Assembly (NCBI GenBank): GCA_963699255.1
Contig: OY969425.1
Location: 1,500,001 to 1,532,000 of the forward strand
Source of the DNA: an uncultured bacterium
GTDB lineage: Bacteria; Margulisbacteria; WOR-1; CAVSGV01
Length of the DNA: 32,000 bases
Direction: 5' to 3'
Shown piece after piece: positions 1 through 8,888 of this stretch (position 1 is the first letter of the stretch; the number at the start of each line of letters is the position of its first letter). A model generated the notes under the pieces. It saw nothing but the letters and a program-made list of their open reading frames with translations, was not told the origin of the DNA and did not search any database. The position numbers and the translations under genes are program-made.

Positions 1-309
1 CCCTTCCGCCATTGCTATCACGACTTCCTTGCTCACGGGGCTACCCTGCGCGATCGCGCTTGCCGGCACGCCCAGCTCCATGACCTTAATCCTGTTATGG
101 TAGCAGACGATCCCGCCGATAAAAAAATCGGAACTTCCCGGCTGGCTCGTAAGCTTGCTTGATATGAGCCCTCCCGAAAGGGATTCGGCCACAGCGACCG
201 TCTTTTTTGTCTTCTTCAGGAGCTCGGCCACTTCTATTTCCGTTGTTTTTCCTATGACGGAGAGGACCCTTGTAAAGAAATCCTCAAGCTTTACTTCCGA
301 TTCACCCAT
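1..309 (-). CDS. cinA: CinA C-terminal domain / nicotinamide-nucleotide amidase (PncC-like), partial at window edge
   Basis: Manual reverse translation gives MGESEVKLEDFFTRVLSVIGKTTEIEVAELLKKTKKTVAVAESLSGGLISSKLTSQPGSSDFFIGGIVCYHNRIKVMELGVP..., with the characteristic AESLSGG and Y.N..K..LGV signatures. It runs off the left edge. Confidence 0.88.
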   Translation of the reverse strand, partial: MGESEVKLEDFFTRVLSVIGKTTEIEVAELLKKTKKTVAVAESLSGGLISSKLTSQPGSSDFFIGGIVCYHNRIKVMELGVPASAIAQGSPVSKEVVIAMAEG

Positions 310-817
310 TTAGCGACTCCAAATTTTTAATGAAATATTCGATCCCTGAAACCACGGCCAGGATAACGCCGAGCCATAAGACCTGGTTCCCGTAGGGCAG
401 GTTCAGGATCAGCATCGCGACCGCCACATCCAACAGCGCTGTTTTGTATTTCCCAAGCCTGTCGGCAGCAATTATCTTGCCGGACGAACTCGCGGCGAGC
501 CGCAGTCCCGTAACCGCAAAATCCCTTACGATGATCACAATTACCGGTACGGACGACACCCATCTGATCTCCACCAGGCAAAGGAGAGCAGATATGACAA
601 GTATTTTATCTGCAAGAGGGTCCATGAATTTACCCATCACAGTTTCCTGCTTGAGCCTTCTTGCAAGGTAGCCATCTATCGCGTCGGAAACCGCTACAGC
701 GGCGAAGATCACTACAGCAATGATGCTACCATTGGGAATATTAGGCGAGAGCAGAACATAGACCAGGAGGGGGATAAATATTATTCTTAAAAAAGTTACC
801 GAATTCGGCAGGTTCAA
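302..817 (-). CDS. pgsA: CDP-diacylglycerol--glycerol-3-phosphate 3-phosphatidyltransferase
   Basis: 171-aa multi-TM protein with the CDP-alcohol phosphatidyltransferase motif DAIDGYLARRLKQETVMGKFMDPLADK. Confidence 0.95.
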   Translation of the reverse strand: MNLPNSVTFLRIIFIPLLVYVLLSPNIPNGSIIAVVIFAAVAVSDAIDGYLARRLKQETVMGKFMDPLADKILVISALLCLVEIRWVSSVPVIVIIVRDFAVTGLRLAASSSGKIIAADRLGKYKTALLDVAVAMLILNLPYGNQVLWLGVILAVVSGIEYFIKNLESLNG

Positions 818-2209
818 GTAACCAGGATACCGGAAAGATCATACGGGCCTGACCCCGTGATTTTTACCGAAACTATCTTTCCGTTCGGAACACATTTATT
901 CAGCTTAACAACGCCGTCGATATCCGGCGCATCCATGTATGAGCGCCCGATACTTCCTTCTGCCAATACCTTGATAATTTTTCCTGCCATGTTCTTTAGA
1001 GACTTTGCAGAAATCTCGCGTTGCAAGCGCATTAACTTATGAAACCTTCGATCCTTTATCCGTTCGCCAATTTGATCCCCCATTTTGGCGGCGGGAGTAC
1101 CTGATTCCCTGCTGTACTTGAAAACCCCTAGTCTCTCAAACCTCTCTTCCCTGATAAATGCAAGTAATTTATTAAAATCGGAACCTGTTTCGCCTGGAAA
1201 ACCGACGATCACTGAAGTCCTTATCGCTATCCCCGGTATTTTCCTCCTTAGTTTTTTGATTACCCGTTTAAGTTGATCTGCGGATATCCTCCGCCTCATT
1301 AGCCGAAGAATCCTATCACAGGAATGCTGGATTGGCAAGTCCAGATATCGGCATATCTTGGGCTCTTTTGCCATCACTTCGATCAGCTCGTCCGTCACAT
1401 GGGCGGGATGCGCGTACATGATGCGGATCCACTTAAGACCCTTGATCCCGGCCAGTTTCCTGCATAATATATGTAAAGAGGGCTTTCCATAGATATCCGT
1501 GCCGTACATTGTCGTGTCCTGGGCGACCAGAATGGCCTCCTTCAATCCCTTTTTAACAAGGGCTTTGACCTCGCTGACTATCGATGGCATCGGGCGGCTC
1601 TGGTACTTTCCCCTCAGGCTGGGAACGATGCAGTAGGAGCAACGATTATTGCAGCCGTCGGCTATCTTAATATATGCGTAATATTTGGGGGTTGCTTTAA
1701 GCCTTGGCGTTTTATGGGTGAAAAGGCAGTGAGTTCCCTCAAGGAGCGAAACTCGGAACCTGCGACTAAACGTCGCGGTTCCGGAAGATAGTTTTTTGGA
1801 GCCGCGGCGTTCAGCCGCAGGCTCAGCACATCGGAGCTCGTTTAGTACATGGACTATCCTATCGATCTGGCCAGGGCCGACAATGGCGTCAACTTCCTCG
1901 AATTTATCGAACAGGTCGTTTTTGTCCCTTTTTGGGAGGCATCCGGCGACCACCAGGAACTTCAGCTTCGATGCCTTGGAACCTGCGACTGAAGTCGCGG
2001 TTCCATTTTTAAGTTTACACATTTCACCTATGATCTTATAAGCTTCGTCTCTTGCCTCGCCGATGAAAGCGCAGGTGTTGACGATCATTATTTCGGCTTC
2101 GCTCTGATCGTTGGTTATCTCATAGCCCGAAATCAATAAGAAGCCCTAAGATCGCTTCTGTGTCAGTGAGATTTTTTGGACAGCCAAGGCTGATAACTCC
2201 AACTTTCAT
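814..2209 (-). CDS. rimO: Ribosomal protein S12 methylthiotransferase RimO, apparent frameshift near 2130-2132
   Basis: Radical SAM motif CNNRCSYCIVPSLRGKYQSRP, UPF0004 cysteines, IVGFPGET, and a C-terminal TRAM-like region. The true N-terminus MKVGVISLGCPKNLTDTEAILGLLID lies upstream (ATG at 2209-2207) in a different frame from the ORF-track product (814-2136). Confidence 0.93.
1754..1783. repeat. Palindromic hairpin element inside rimO (H1)
   Basis: CGGAACC-T-GCGAC-taaac-GTCGC-GGTTCCG: 12 bp stem with a single bulged base. Confidence 0.85.
1799..1824. repeat. Palindromic hairpin element inside rimO (H2, reversed orientation)
   Basis: GAGCC-GCGGC-gttca-GCCGC-A-GGCTC: same architecture as H1, with the bulge on the opposite arm and compensatory sequence differences. 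Confidence 0.8.
1978..2004. repeat. Palindromic hairpin element inside rimO (H3)
   Basis: GGAACC-T-GCGAC-tgaa-GTCGC-GGTTCC, nearly identical to H1. Confidence 0.85.
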
Positions 2210-2217
2210 ATATTATG

Positions 2218-2223
2218 ATTATA
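2218..2223 (-). promoter_or_regulatory. Putative -10 box of rimO
   Basis: TATAAT on the minus strand, 8 nt before the ATG (TATAAT-cataatat-ATG). Confidence 0.5.
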
Positions 2224-2375
2224 GATTACTTAGGGATAAGGGGAAATAGGAATATTGGGATAGGGGGATATAGTTTGGGAATATTGGAATAATGGAAATC
2301 AGGAACTACCCAAACTCCATATCCCTCATTTCCTAAACCTTATCCCTGTATTCCTTATTCCCGTTTTTCCAAATA
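2224..2375. repeat. Low-complexity intergenic tract with imperfect inverted symmetry
   Basis: agggataaggggaaataggaatattgggatagggggatatagtttggg ... ccaaactccatatccctcatttcctaaaccttatccctgtattcctta; the halves are approximately reverse-complementary. Confidence 0.45.
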
Positions 2376-2386
2376 TATAACGGATG

Positions 2387-3634
2387 TTAGATGAATCGAT
2401 GTTTCAAATTCATTATGTCCTTATAGGGGATGACGCCGAGCAGTTTATCCTCTTTGTTCGTTACCGGAATGGCCCTGAAGCCGTACCTGGAGAACAATGC
2501 GAAAGCGTCTTTGATCGTGCTTTTAGGATCGAGCGACACCACCTCTTTTATCATTATGTCTTTCAGGAGCATTTCGTCGCTCGCGAGCAGGAGTTCTTTC
2601 ACATCAATGACGCCGAGAAGCTTATCGTGTTCATCGACGATATAAAGGTACATGACAACGTTCTTTCCCTTGGCCACGCGGTGGTATTCCTCTTCGGCCT
2701 GTTTGTCTGTCACGTCAGGCCCGAATTTCAGGACGTTCACTGTCGCGTAGTTAAGGATGTTCTCTTCCTGCTTGTCGATTATGGATCTTATCTTGGCCGC
2801 TTTATCATCGGACAGGAACTTCAGGATGCTGTCGGCCTCGTTCCATGGGAGCACGGAGAGAACGTCCGCGGCCTGCGCGGGGGTCATGTCATCTATGAGC
2901 TTCGCCACTTTTTCTTTTTCGAGCGACGATATCAGCTGTCTCTGAACGCTCGGATCTATCTCTTCCAGCGTATCGGAAGCCCTCCTGGCGTCAAGACCGC
3001 CAAAGACCCTGGTCCTCTGGTCCGGGTCCATCTCCTCAAGGATATCGGCCAGGTCGACCGGGTGTACGTCCGACAGTTTTTCCTTCAGGATATTAAGCTT
3101 TATATCCCCGCTGAAACTGCTTATCGTGGTCGGGATCGACTGGATATATGACCAGGAGATGGTCTGTTCTTTGATCCTTTCGGCCAGGGAATAAATGAAA
3201 TTGGCGAGCCAGCTCAGCTTTATCCTCCTGAGCAGGCCGTATCTGCTCAGGTCCACGTCCGTAACGTACATTTTGTCGTGATTGAGGGTCAGCTTAATAT
3301 CGTAAACGACCTCAACTTCCTTGTCGTCCGTATCAAGGACCTTTTTATCGAGTATGTGGTCCCGCAGCAGCACATCTTCATCCTTCGGCTCACCCTCATA
3401 TTTTTCTTCCGATTCGATATCGATGACGATCTCCTTTGATGTAAAAGACCTCACTTTTTGCCACGGGACTATGAGCGTGGGATACCCGAAAGGCCTGGAG
3501 ATCAAAAGCCTGGATACTTCTGCCAGCTTTCCGCGCTCAACGATGAACATGTCCGCCAGGGCGCCTATTTTTTTCTCACGATTGAAAACCTTTTTTTTGT
3601 ATATCTGACTCAAAAAGAACGAAGCGTTTTCCAT
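2387..3634 (-). CDS. MgtE intracellular N-domain + CBS-pair protein lacking the MgtE transmembrane channel domain
   Basis: HPVDLADILEEMDPDQRTRVFGGLDARRASDTLEEIDP... (MgtE_N superhelical repeats) followed by CBS repeats (DIMIKEVVSLDPKSTIKDAFALFSRYGFRAIPVTNKEDKLLGVI). The protein ends after the CBS pair. Start chosen at ATG 3634, preceded by AAGGAG; the ORF track extends to 3688. Confidence 0.85.
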   Translation of the reverse strand: MENASFFLSQIYKKKVFNREKKIGALADMFIVERGKLAEVSRLLISRPFGYPTLIVPWQKVRSFTSKEIVIDIESEEKYEGEPKDEDVLLRDHILDKKVLDTDDKEVEVVYDIKLTLNHDKMYVTDVDLSRYGLLRRIKLSWLANFIYSLAERIKEQTISWSYIQSIPTTISSFSGDIKLNILKEKLSDVHPVDLADILEEMDPDQRTRVFGGLDARRASDTLEEIDPSVQRQLISSLEKEKVAKLIDDMTPAQAADVLSVLPWNEADSILKFLSDDKAAKIRSIIDKQEENILNYATVNVLKFGPDVTDKQAEEEYHRVAKGKNVVMYLYIVDEHDKLLGVIDVKELLLASDEMLLKDIMIKEVVSLDPKSTIKDAFALFSRYGFRAIPVTNKEDKLLGVIPYKDIMNLKHRFI

Positions 3635-3644
3635 ATTTCTCCTT

Positions 3645-3857
3645 TTATCTGACCAGAGTGTAGAACTTATAGAAAAGAATGGCAACAAGGAACAGCAGAT
3701 ACAGCCTCAGGAACAAAAGGCATATGCCTGTCAGCAGGTTCATCTTTATGCGGGGCTTTTCGTATTTCCTGTTCACCTCGATTATTTTCGAGAACCTTCT
3801 TGCCAGGAACCTTTTTATCCTTTTTAGCAGCGCTTTTATAGTGTTAATTATTATCAT
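3645..3857 (-). CDS. Small basic single-TM protein in the Nramp/MgtE-N cassette
   Basis: 70 aa, basic N-terminus plus one hydrophobic segment (LLTGICLLFLRLYLLFLVAILFYKFY). Tightly packed between the two larger genes on the same strand. Confidence 0.5.
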   Translation of the reverse strand: MIIINTIKALLKRIKRFLARRFSKIIEVNRKYEKPRIKMNLLTGICLLFLRLYLLFLVAILFYKFYTLVR

Positions 3858-3867
3858 TGACCCCGCC

Positions 3868-5136
3868 TTACTTGAACATTCCCGGGAATAGAGTGCTTAT
3901 CCCGTACATTGTCGACAGGACGATTATCACCGTGACGATGGAGAAATTTGCGATGTTCTGCCACAGAGTATTCTTATATTTACCCATCAGTTCCTCGTTA
4001 TTCAAGAGCAGTATCAGGAACATCAGCGCCGCGGGAAGGAGCGTAACGGCTATGACCTGTACGAACAAAGTGATCAGGACGAGCGGAGCTCCCGGAATAA
4101 GGGTCACCAGCCCGGCGGTCAATATCGTTAATATATAACACGCGTAGAACCACGGCGCTTCTTTTATCCTCTTATTCAGCGAGTGCGCCCATCCGAACAC
4201 TTCGCCGAAGGCCCAGGATGAAGCAAGCGATATGCAAATGGCGCCGAGGAATCCGGCGTCAAAAAGGCCTATCGCGAGGAACGTTCCGAGGTACTGATTT
4301 ATCACCATCAGCTTTTCCGCCGCCTGCGCCGCGCTGGTGATGTTCACGCCGAACAACAGAGTGCCGGTGACTATCACCACAAATACCGCTACTATCACGG
4401 TAAAGGCGGAACCTATTGCGGTGTCGAACTGCCCCCAGGGGATATCCTTTTCCTGCATGCCTTTATCCACGACGGCGCTCTGCTGGAAGAAGACCATCCA
4501 CGGGGCGATGGTCGTCCCGACATTGGCCATCAGGTAGAAGAAGAGATTATTATTGAAACCGCCGGGGAAGTGCGGGACCATTCCGTTCCTGAAGATGTCG
4601 GGGATGGAGGGATGGACCATGAAAGCGCAGGGTATGTATACTAGATTGAAAGCGCAGAAAACAAAAGCGATCTTCTCCCATGTCCAGTATCTTCCCTGCA
4701 CCACCATTACTGTCATGATAAAGCAGACCGCCAGAATTGTAACGATGGGAGGAATATGGAATATGCTCATGGCCGCCGTCATACCTATGAATTCGGTGAT
4801 AAGCGTAAGCCAGTCTACGAGCACAAGATCAAGCAGGGAGAACCATCCCCAGAAGGAGCCGAAAGCGTCAAAGATCGCCTCCGCATGGCCGCGCTTCGTC
4901 ACGGCCCCGAGCCTTACCGTCATTTCCTGGACGAAATATGCAACGGGTCCCAGCAAGACCAGGAACCATATCAGTCCGTACTTGAATTGCGCGCCGGTCG
5001 CGGCGTATGTGGTGATGCCTCCTGCGTCATTGTCGGCAAGCATGCAGATTATCCCGGGGCCTGAAATTATGAGGAATAACTGGATGGATTTTGCCATTCT
5101 GCGATACTTGTAAAATAACTGCGCTAATAAATTCAT
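3868..5136 (-). CDS. Nramp/SLC11-family divalent metal transporter, divergent (Nramp-related Mg-type?)
   Basis: 422 aa, about 11 hydrophobic segments. TM1-like GPGIICMLADNDAGGITTYAATGAQFKYG and TM6-like ANVGTTIAPWMVFFQQSAVVDKG occupy the positions of the Nramp DPGN and MPH motifs. Confidence 0.85.
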   Translation of the reverse strand: MNLLAQLFYKYRRMAKSIQLFLIISGPGIICMLADNDAGGITTYAATGAQFKYGLIWFLVLLGPVAYFVQEMTVRLGAVTKRGHAEAIFDAFGSFWGWFSLLDLVLVDWLTLITEFIGMTAAMSIFHIPPIVTILAVCFIMTVMVVQGRYWTWEKIAFVFCAFNLVYIPCAFMVHPSIPDIFRNGMVPHFPGGFNNNLFFYLMANVGTTIAPWMVFFQQSAVVDKGMQEKDIPWGQFDTAIGSAFTVIVAVFVVIVTGTLLFGVNITSAAQAAEKLMVINQYLGTFLAIGLFDAGFLGAICISLASSWAFGEVFGWAHSLNKRIKEAPWFYACYILTILTAGLVTLIPGAPLVLITLFVQVIAVTLLPAALMFLILLLNNEELMGKYKNTLWQNIANFSIVTVIIVLSTMYGISTLFPGMFK

Positions 5137-5171
5137 TGGTGAACCGGAAGGCCTTTCTAATATTTTATGTA

Positions 5172-5200
5172 ATTATATACCATGCCATATGGTATCGGAA
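5172..5200 (-). promoter_or_regulatory. Putative promoter/operator of the Nramp cassette
   Basis: Minus strand reads TTCCGA-TACCATATGGCATGGTA-TATAAT: a 17 bp spacer occupied by the palindrome ATACCAT-atggc-ATGGTAT (5177-5195). Confidence 0.5.
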
Positions 5201-5215
5201 GAAATATTTCTGAAG

Positions 5216-5262
5216 AAGGGGAGAGATCAGAGATTAGAGATGTGCGAGATGAGAAACACGAA
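5216..5262. repeat. GAGATG-rich low-complexity tract
   Basis: ggagagatcagagattagagatgtgcgagatgagaaacacgaaacagg; a similar tract occurs at 15581-15613. Confidence 0.45.
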
Positions 5263-5274
5263 ACAGGATAGGTG

Positions 5275-6357
5275 TTACTTTACGATCATTTTTATTGTTC
5301 CGACGTTGTTGTCGCCGATTTCCATGGTGCAAAAATACATTCCGGCTGGAGCTTTGGAATTATTATATGTTCCATCCCAAACATAAGTATTTTCACCTTT
5401 TATCGCATTGTTAATGCTGACATTTTTCACAAGTTGTCCGAAGCTGTTATAGAATTTCAAGATAACTTGTTTTCCGTTATCGGGGACTTCAAAAGAAATG
5501 GTTGTCTTATCAGAAAAAGGATTTGGATAGTTATATGGTTTGTTCACCGGGCTCTCTGTGGTTGAAGGCACGGAACTACCCGGGGAATAAGGCGTGTATT
5601 TTATCCAGTCATATTCTACTGTTATAGGTTTTGTGTAATTAAAAGTGCCAAGCCATGCGTCCTCGCCTATGCCCGGCCATAAATTTGCCATGATCCTGCC
5701 GGGCGTTACCGGCAGAGCGCCTCGCGATCCGTCTTCGCTGTTTACGCTTATTCCGTCCACAGACCAGATGATCATGTCCGGCCGCCATTCGATTTTGTAA
5801 GTATGGAAATTTTTTGAAGGGTCAAATCCAAGCTGAATTATTTTTTCATGACCTCCTGTGCCGTTTGTGAAGTAGTTTGTCTGCAAATTTCCCTTTACAA
5901 ATTCTATATCAATTTCATCCCAGGGGTTGCCATCCGACGGGCCAGTATAAAAGAACAGGGAACCCCCTACAATGCCGTCTGCCACTGCTGCCTGGATGCT
6001 TGCTTCAAGCGTGCCGTAGCCGTAGAAAGCATTGGTTCTGTATTCGCCAGAAGTGTAAGGCTTGCCGGATGAGGGGGTATTATCCAAAGTCAGGATCATG
6101 TCGCTGTTTTGAAAGGTCACATTATCCGCTTTCCATCCGCAGTTGAATGGATCTCCATTGGTCCATCCGTCCGATTTAGACCAAAGCGAGGTATTAAAAT
6201 AATCCATATCGTCCTTAAAGGCAGTACCTGATTGGGAGGGAGACTCATTAATAGCGGAAGTCTTTTGCTTGTTTTGAGTTTTTGGTTCTTCAGAACCACG
6301 ACCCATCGAATGCCTGGTTGACGGTTGCGACGGGGTATATCCAAGCAGCGGATCCAT
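5275..6357 (-). CDS. Glycoside hydrolase family 16 (beta-glucanase-like) with C-terminal T9SS/FlgD-like Ig sorting-type domain
   Basis: GH16 catalytic motif DEIDIEF; GTLEASIQAAV...GGSLFFYTG; C-terminal YPNPFSDKTTISFEVPDNGKQVILKFYNSFGQLVKN... Start ATG preceded by AAGGAGG. Confidence 0.9.
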   Translation of the reverse strand: MDPLLGYTPSQPSTRHSMGRGSEEPKTQNKQKTSAINESPSQSGTAFKDDMDYFNTSLWSKSDGWTNGDPFNCGWKADNVTFQNSDMILTLDNTPSSGKPYTSGEYRTNAFYGYGTLEASIQAAVADGIVGGSLFFYTGPSDGNPWDEIDIEFVKGNLQTNYFTNGTGGHEKIIQLGFDPSKNFHTYKIEWRPDMIIWSVDGISVNSEDGSRGALPVTPGRIMANLWPGIGEDAWLGTFNYTKPITVEYDWIKYTPYSPGSSVPSTTESPVNKPYNYPNPFSDKTTISFEVPDNGKQVILKFYNSFGQLVKNVSINNAIKGENTYVWDGTYNNSKAPAGMYFCTMEIGDNNVGTIKMIVK

Positions 6358-6447
6358 TATGATTTCCTCCTTGAAATATATCGTAGATAATGGCCGGAAA
6401 TTTCAATAAAAGAGATCAAAAAAGAAGGCGCAAAAAGAGAAGTTTAC

Positions 6448-8865
6448 TTAGGCAGCTACGATATTGACGAGTTTTTTCGGCACATAGATCGTTTTTACGA
6501 TCTTCTTACCCTGGATAAACCGCTTAACTGTTTCACTCTCGGAGGCTTTTGATTTTATGTCTTCCTCGGAGGCATCCGCCGGTACCAGGATATTATCTCT
6601 AAGTTTTCCATTAACCTGAACGACTATCGTTATTTCATTTTCAACTATGAGTTTTGGATCATATTTCGGCCACGGCTGTCTATGGATCGACGGCTTCTCT
6701 CCGATCATCTGCCATAGCTCCTCGGCCATGTGAGGAGCGAAAGGCGCCAGCATCAAAAGGTATCTCTTTGCGAATTCCCTGTTCAACATATAAACGTTAG
6801 CGGCTTCATTCGCCAGGATCATCATCGCGCTGATGGCCGTGTTGAACCTAAGGTTCTCGATATCTTCCCCGACCTTCTTGATCGTCTTGTGCAATAGAGC
6901 CTCCAGCTCCTGACCCTTGTCCCCGGTCCCCAGCTCTTTATCGAACAATCTCCAGACCTTTTCAAGGAACCTGCTTATTCCGATTATCCCCCTTGTTGAC
7001 CACGGCTTTACCATCTCGAGCGGTCCCATGAACATTTCATACATCCTGAAGGCGTCCGCGCCGCTATCAGCTATCACATCATCAGGATTCACGACATTTC
7101 CAAGCGACTTGCTCATCTTCTGTCCGTCTTCGGCAAGTATCAATCCCTGATTTGTCAGCTTCTTAAAGGGCTCGTCATCCGGCACTACGCCGATGTCGTG
7201 GAGGAACATGTACCAGAACCTTGAATATAGAAGATGAAGCACGGCGTGTTCGGCCCCGCCGATGTAATGATCCACCGGCATCCAGTATTTGATCTTATCC
7301 TTGTCGGCGATAGCTTTATTATTTTTCGGATCGATATATCTCAGGAAATACCAGTTCGACCCTGCCCACTGCGGCATCGTGTTCGTTTCCCTTTTTGCCG
7401 GACCCTTGCACTTCGGGCATTTTGTGTTTACCCATTCCTTTATATTGGCAAGAGGGGATTCTCCTGTCCCGGTCGGCTCGTATTTTTTGACATCGGGAAG
7501 CTTCAGGGGCAATTCGGATTCCGGCAGAGGGACGACCCCGCATTTTTCACAGTGCACCACCGGTATCGGCTCTCCCCAGTAGCGCTGGCGCGAGAACACC
7601 CAGTCGCGGAGCTTGTAATTGACGGTTTTCTTTCCGAGGCCTTTCTTTTCAAGGTCTTTTGTTATCTTTTCCTTGAATTCCGGTGTTTTCAGCCCGTTGT
7701 ATGGGCCGGAATTGATAGCAACACCTTCCTCGACATACGCTTCGTTGAGTTCGATCGGGGTCCCGTCCTTTGAAACGACCTGGACTGTCTTGAGCCCGAA
7801 CTTTTTTGCGAACTCAAAATCCCGTTCGTCATGCGCCGGGACCGCCATTATCGCTCCGGTGCCGTAGCTTAATAGCACATAATCGGATATCCACACGGGG
7901 ATCTTTTCATTGTTCACCGGATTGACGACATAGGCGCCGGTGAACACGCCGGACTTTGATTTTAAAAGATGCTCTCTCTCCATGTCGCTTTTCTGGCGCG
8001 ACTTTTCAATATATTCCTGGACTTCGTCAACTCGGTCATCGGTAGATATTTCAAGCACGAGCGGATGTTCCGGCGCGAGGACCATATAGGTCGCGCCAAA
8101 TAACGTGTCGGGCCTTGTGGTGAAAACCCTCAGGACCTCCTTAAAACCGTCGACTTTGAAAGTAACTTCAGCGCCGATGCTTTTGCCGATCCAGTTCCTC
8201 TGCATCAGCTTTATCGGCTCCGGCCAGTCAAGCTTATCCAGCCCTTCAAGGAGCCTGTCGGCAAAATCGGTGATCTTCAGCATCCACTGACGGACGTCTT
8301 TTTTTGTAACGGCAGTCCCGCACCTGTTGCATGCTCCGTCAATGACCTCTTCGTTCGCGAGGCCAGTCTTGCATGAGGGGCACCAGTTGATTGGAACAAC
8401 AGCTTCATATGCGAGGCCTTTTTCGAATAATTTCAGGAATATCCACTGGGTCCATTTGAAATAATCGGGATCAGTCGTGTTGATCTCCCTGTCCCAGTCA
8501 TATGAGAAGCCGAGGCTTTTTATCTGCCTCTTAAAGGTCGCGATGTTATTTTCGGTCGAGATTCTGGGATGAGTGCCGGTTTTTATCGCGTAGTTTTCCG
8601 CCGGCAATCCGAAAGCGTCCCATCCCATCGGGTGGAGGACATTGAACCCCTTCATTCTTTTATATCGGGAAAGAATATCGGACGCTGTATATCCTTCAGG
8701 ATGGCCAACATGGAGCCCCGCGCCGGAAGGATAGGGGAACATGTCGAGGCAGTAGAACCTTTTTTCTTTCGGGAACGCCGGGTCTTCAGCGCATTTATAG
8801 GTTTTGTCTTTGTCCCAGAAGTCCTGCCACTTTTGCTCGATGGTTTTGTGGTTATATTCAGACAT
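6448..8865 (-). CDS. leuS: Leucyl-tRNA synthetase
   Basis: 805 aa; [18 protein letters not shown] (HIGH-type motif), [14 protein letters not shown] (KMSKS), and editing-domain [19 protein letters not shown]. Confidence 0.98.
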   Translation of the reverse strand: MSEYNHKTIEQKWQDFWDKDKTYKCAEDPAFPKEKRFYCLDMFPYPSGAGLHVGHPEGYTASDILSRYKRMKGFNVLHPMGWDAFGLPAENYAIKTGTHPRISTENNIATFKRQIKSLGFSYDWDREINTTDPDYFKWTQWIFLKLFEKGLAYEAVVPINWCPSCKTGLANEEVIDGACNRCGTAVTKKDVRQWMLKITDFADRLLEGLDKLDWPEPIKLMQRNWIGKSIGAEVTFKVDGFKEVLRVFTTRPDTLFGATYMVLAPEHPLVLEISTDDRVDEVQEYIEKSRQKSDMEREHLLKSKSGVFTGAYVVNPVNNEKIPVWISDYVLLSYGTGAIMAVPAHDERDFEFAKKFGLKTVQVVSKDGTPIELNEAYVEEGVAINSGPYNGLKTPEFKEKITKDLEKKGLGKKTVNYKLRDWVFSRQRYWGEPIPVVHCEKCGVVPLPESELPLKLPDVKKYEPTGTGESPLANIKEWVNTKCPKCKGPAKRETNTMPQWAGSNWYFLRYIDPKNNKAIADKDKIKYWMPVDHYIGGAEHAVLHLLYSRFWYMFLHDIGVVPDDEPFKKLTNQGLILAEDGQKMSKSLGNVVNPDDVIADSGADAFRMYEMFMGPLEMVKPWSTRGIIGISRFLEKVWRLFDKELGTGDKGQELEALLHKTIKKVGEDIENLRFNTAISAMMILANEAANVYMLNREFAKRYLLMLAPFAPHMAEELWQMIGEKPSIHRQPWPKYDPKLIVENEITIVVQVNGKLRDNILVPADASEEDIKSKASESETVKRFIQGKKIVKTIYVPKKLVNIVAA

Positions 8866-8874
8866 AACTAACGT

Positions 8875-8880
8875 ATTTTA
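8875..8880 (-). promoter_or_regulatory. Putative -10 box of leuS
   Basis: TAAAAT-acgttagtt-ATG on the minus strand; no Shine-Dalgarno in between. Confidence 0.4.
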
Positions 8881-8888
8881 GCAAAAGA

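Noticed and set aside
2128-2134. Programmed frameshift in rimO
   Set aside because: Only a three-base T run, with the stop a few codons further on and no stimulatory element evident; an indel error or mutation is simpler.
2384-3151. 255-aa plus-strand ORF opposite the MgtE-N/CBS gene
   Set aside because: Its composition mirrors the conserved CBS/MgtE-N coding sequence and it has no ribosome-binding site or family signature.
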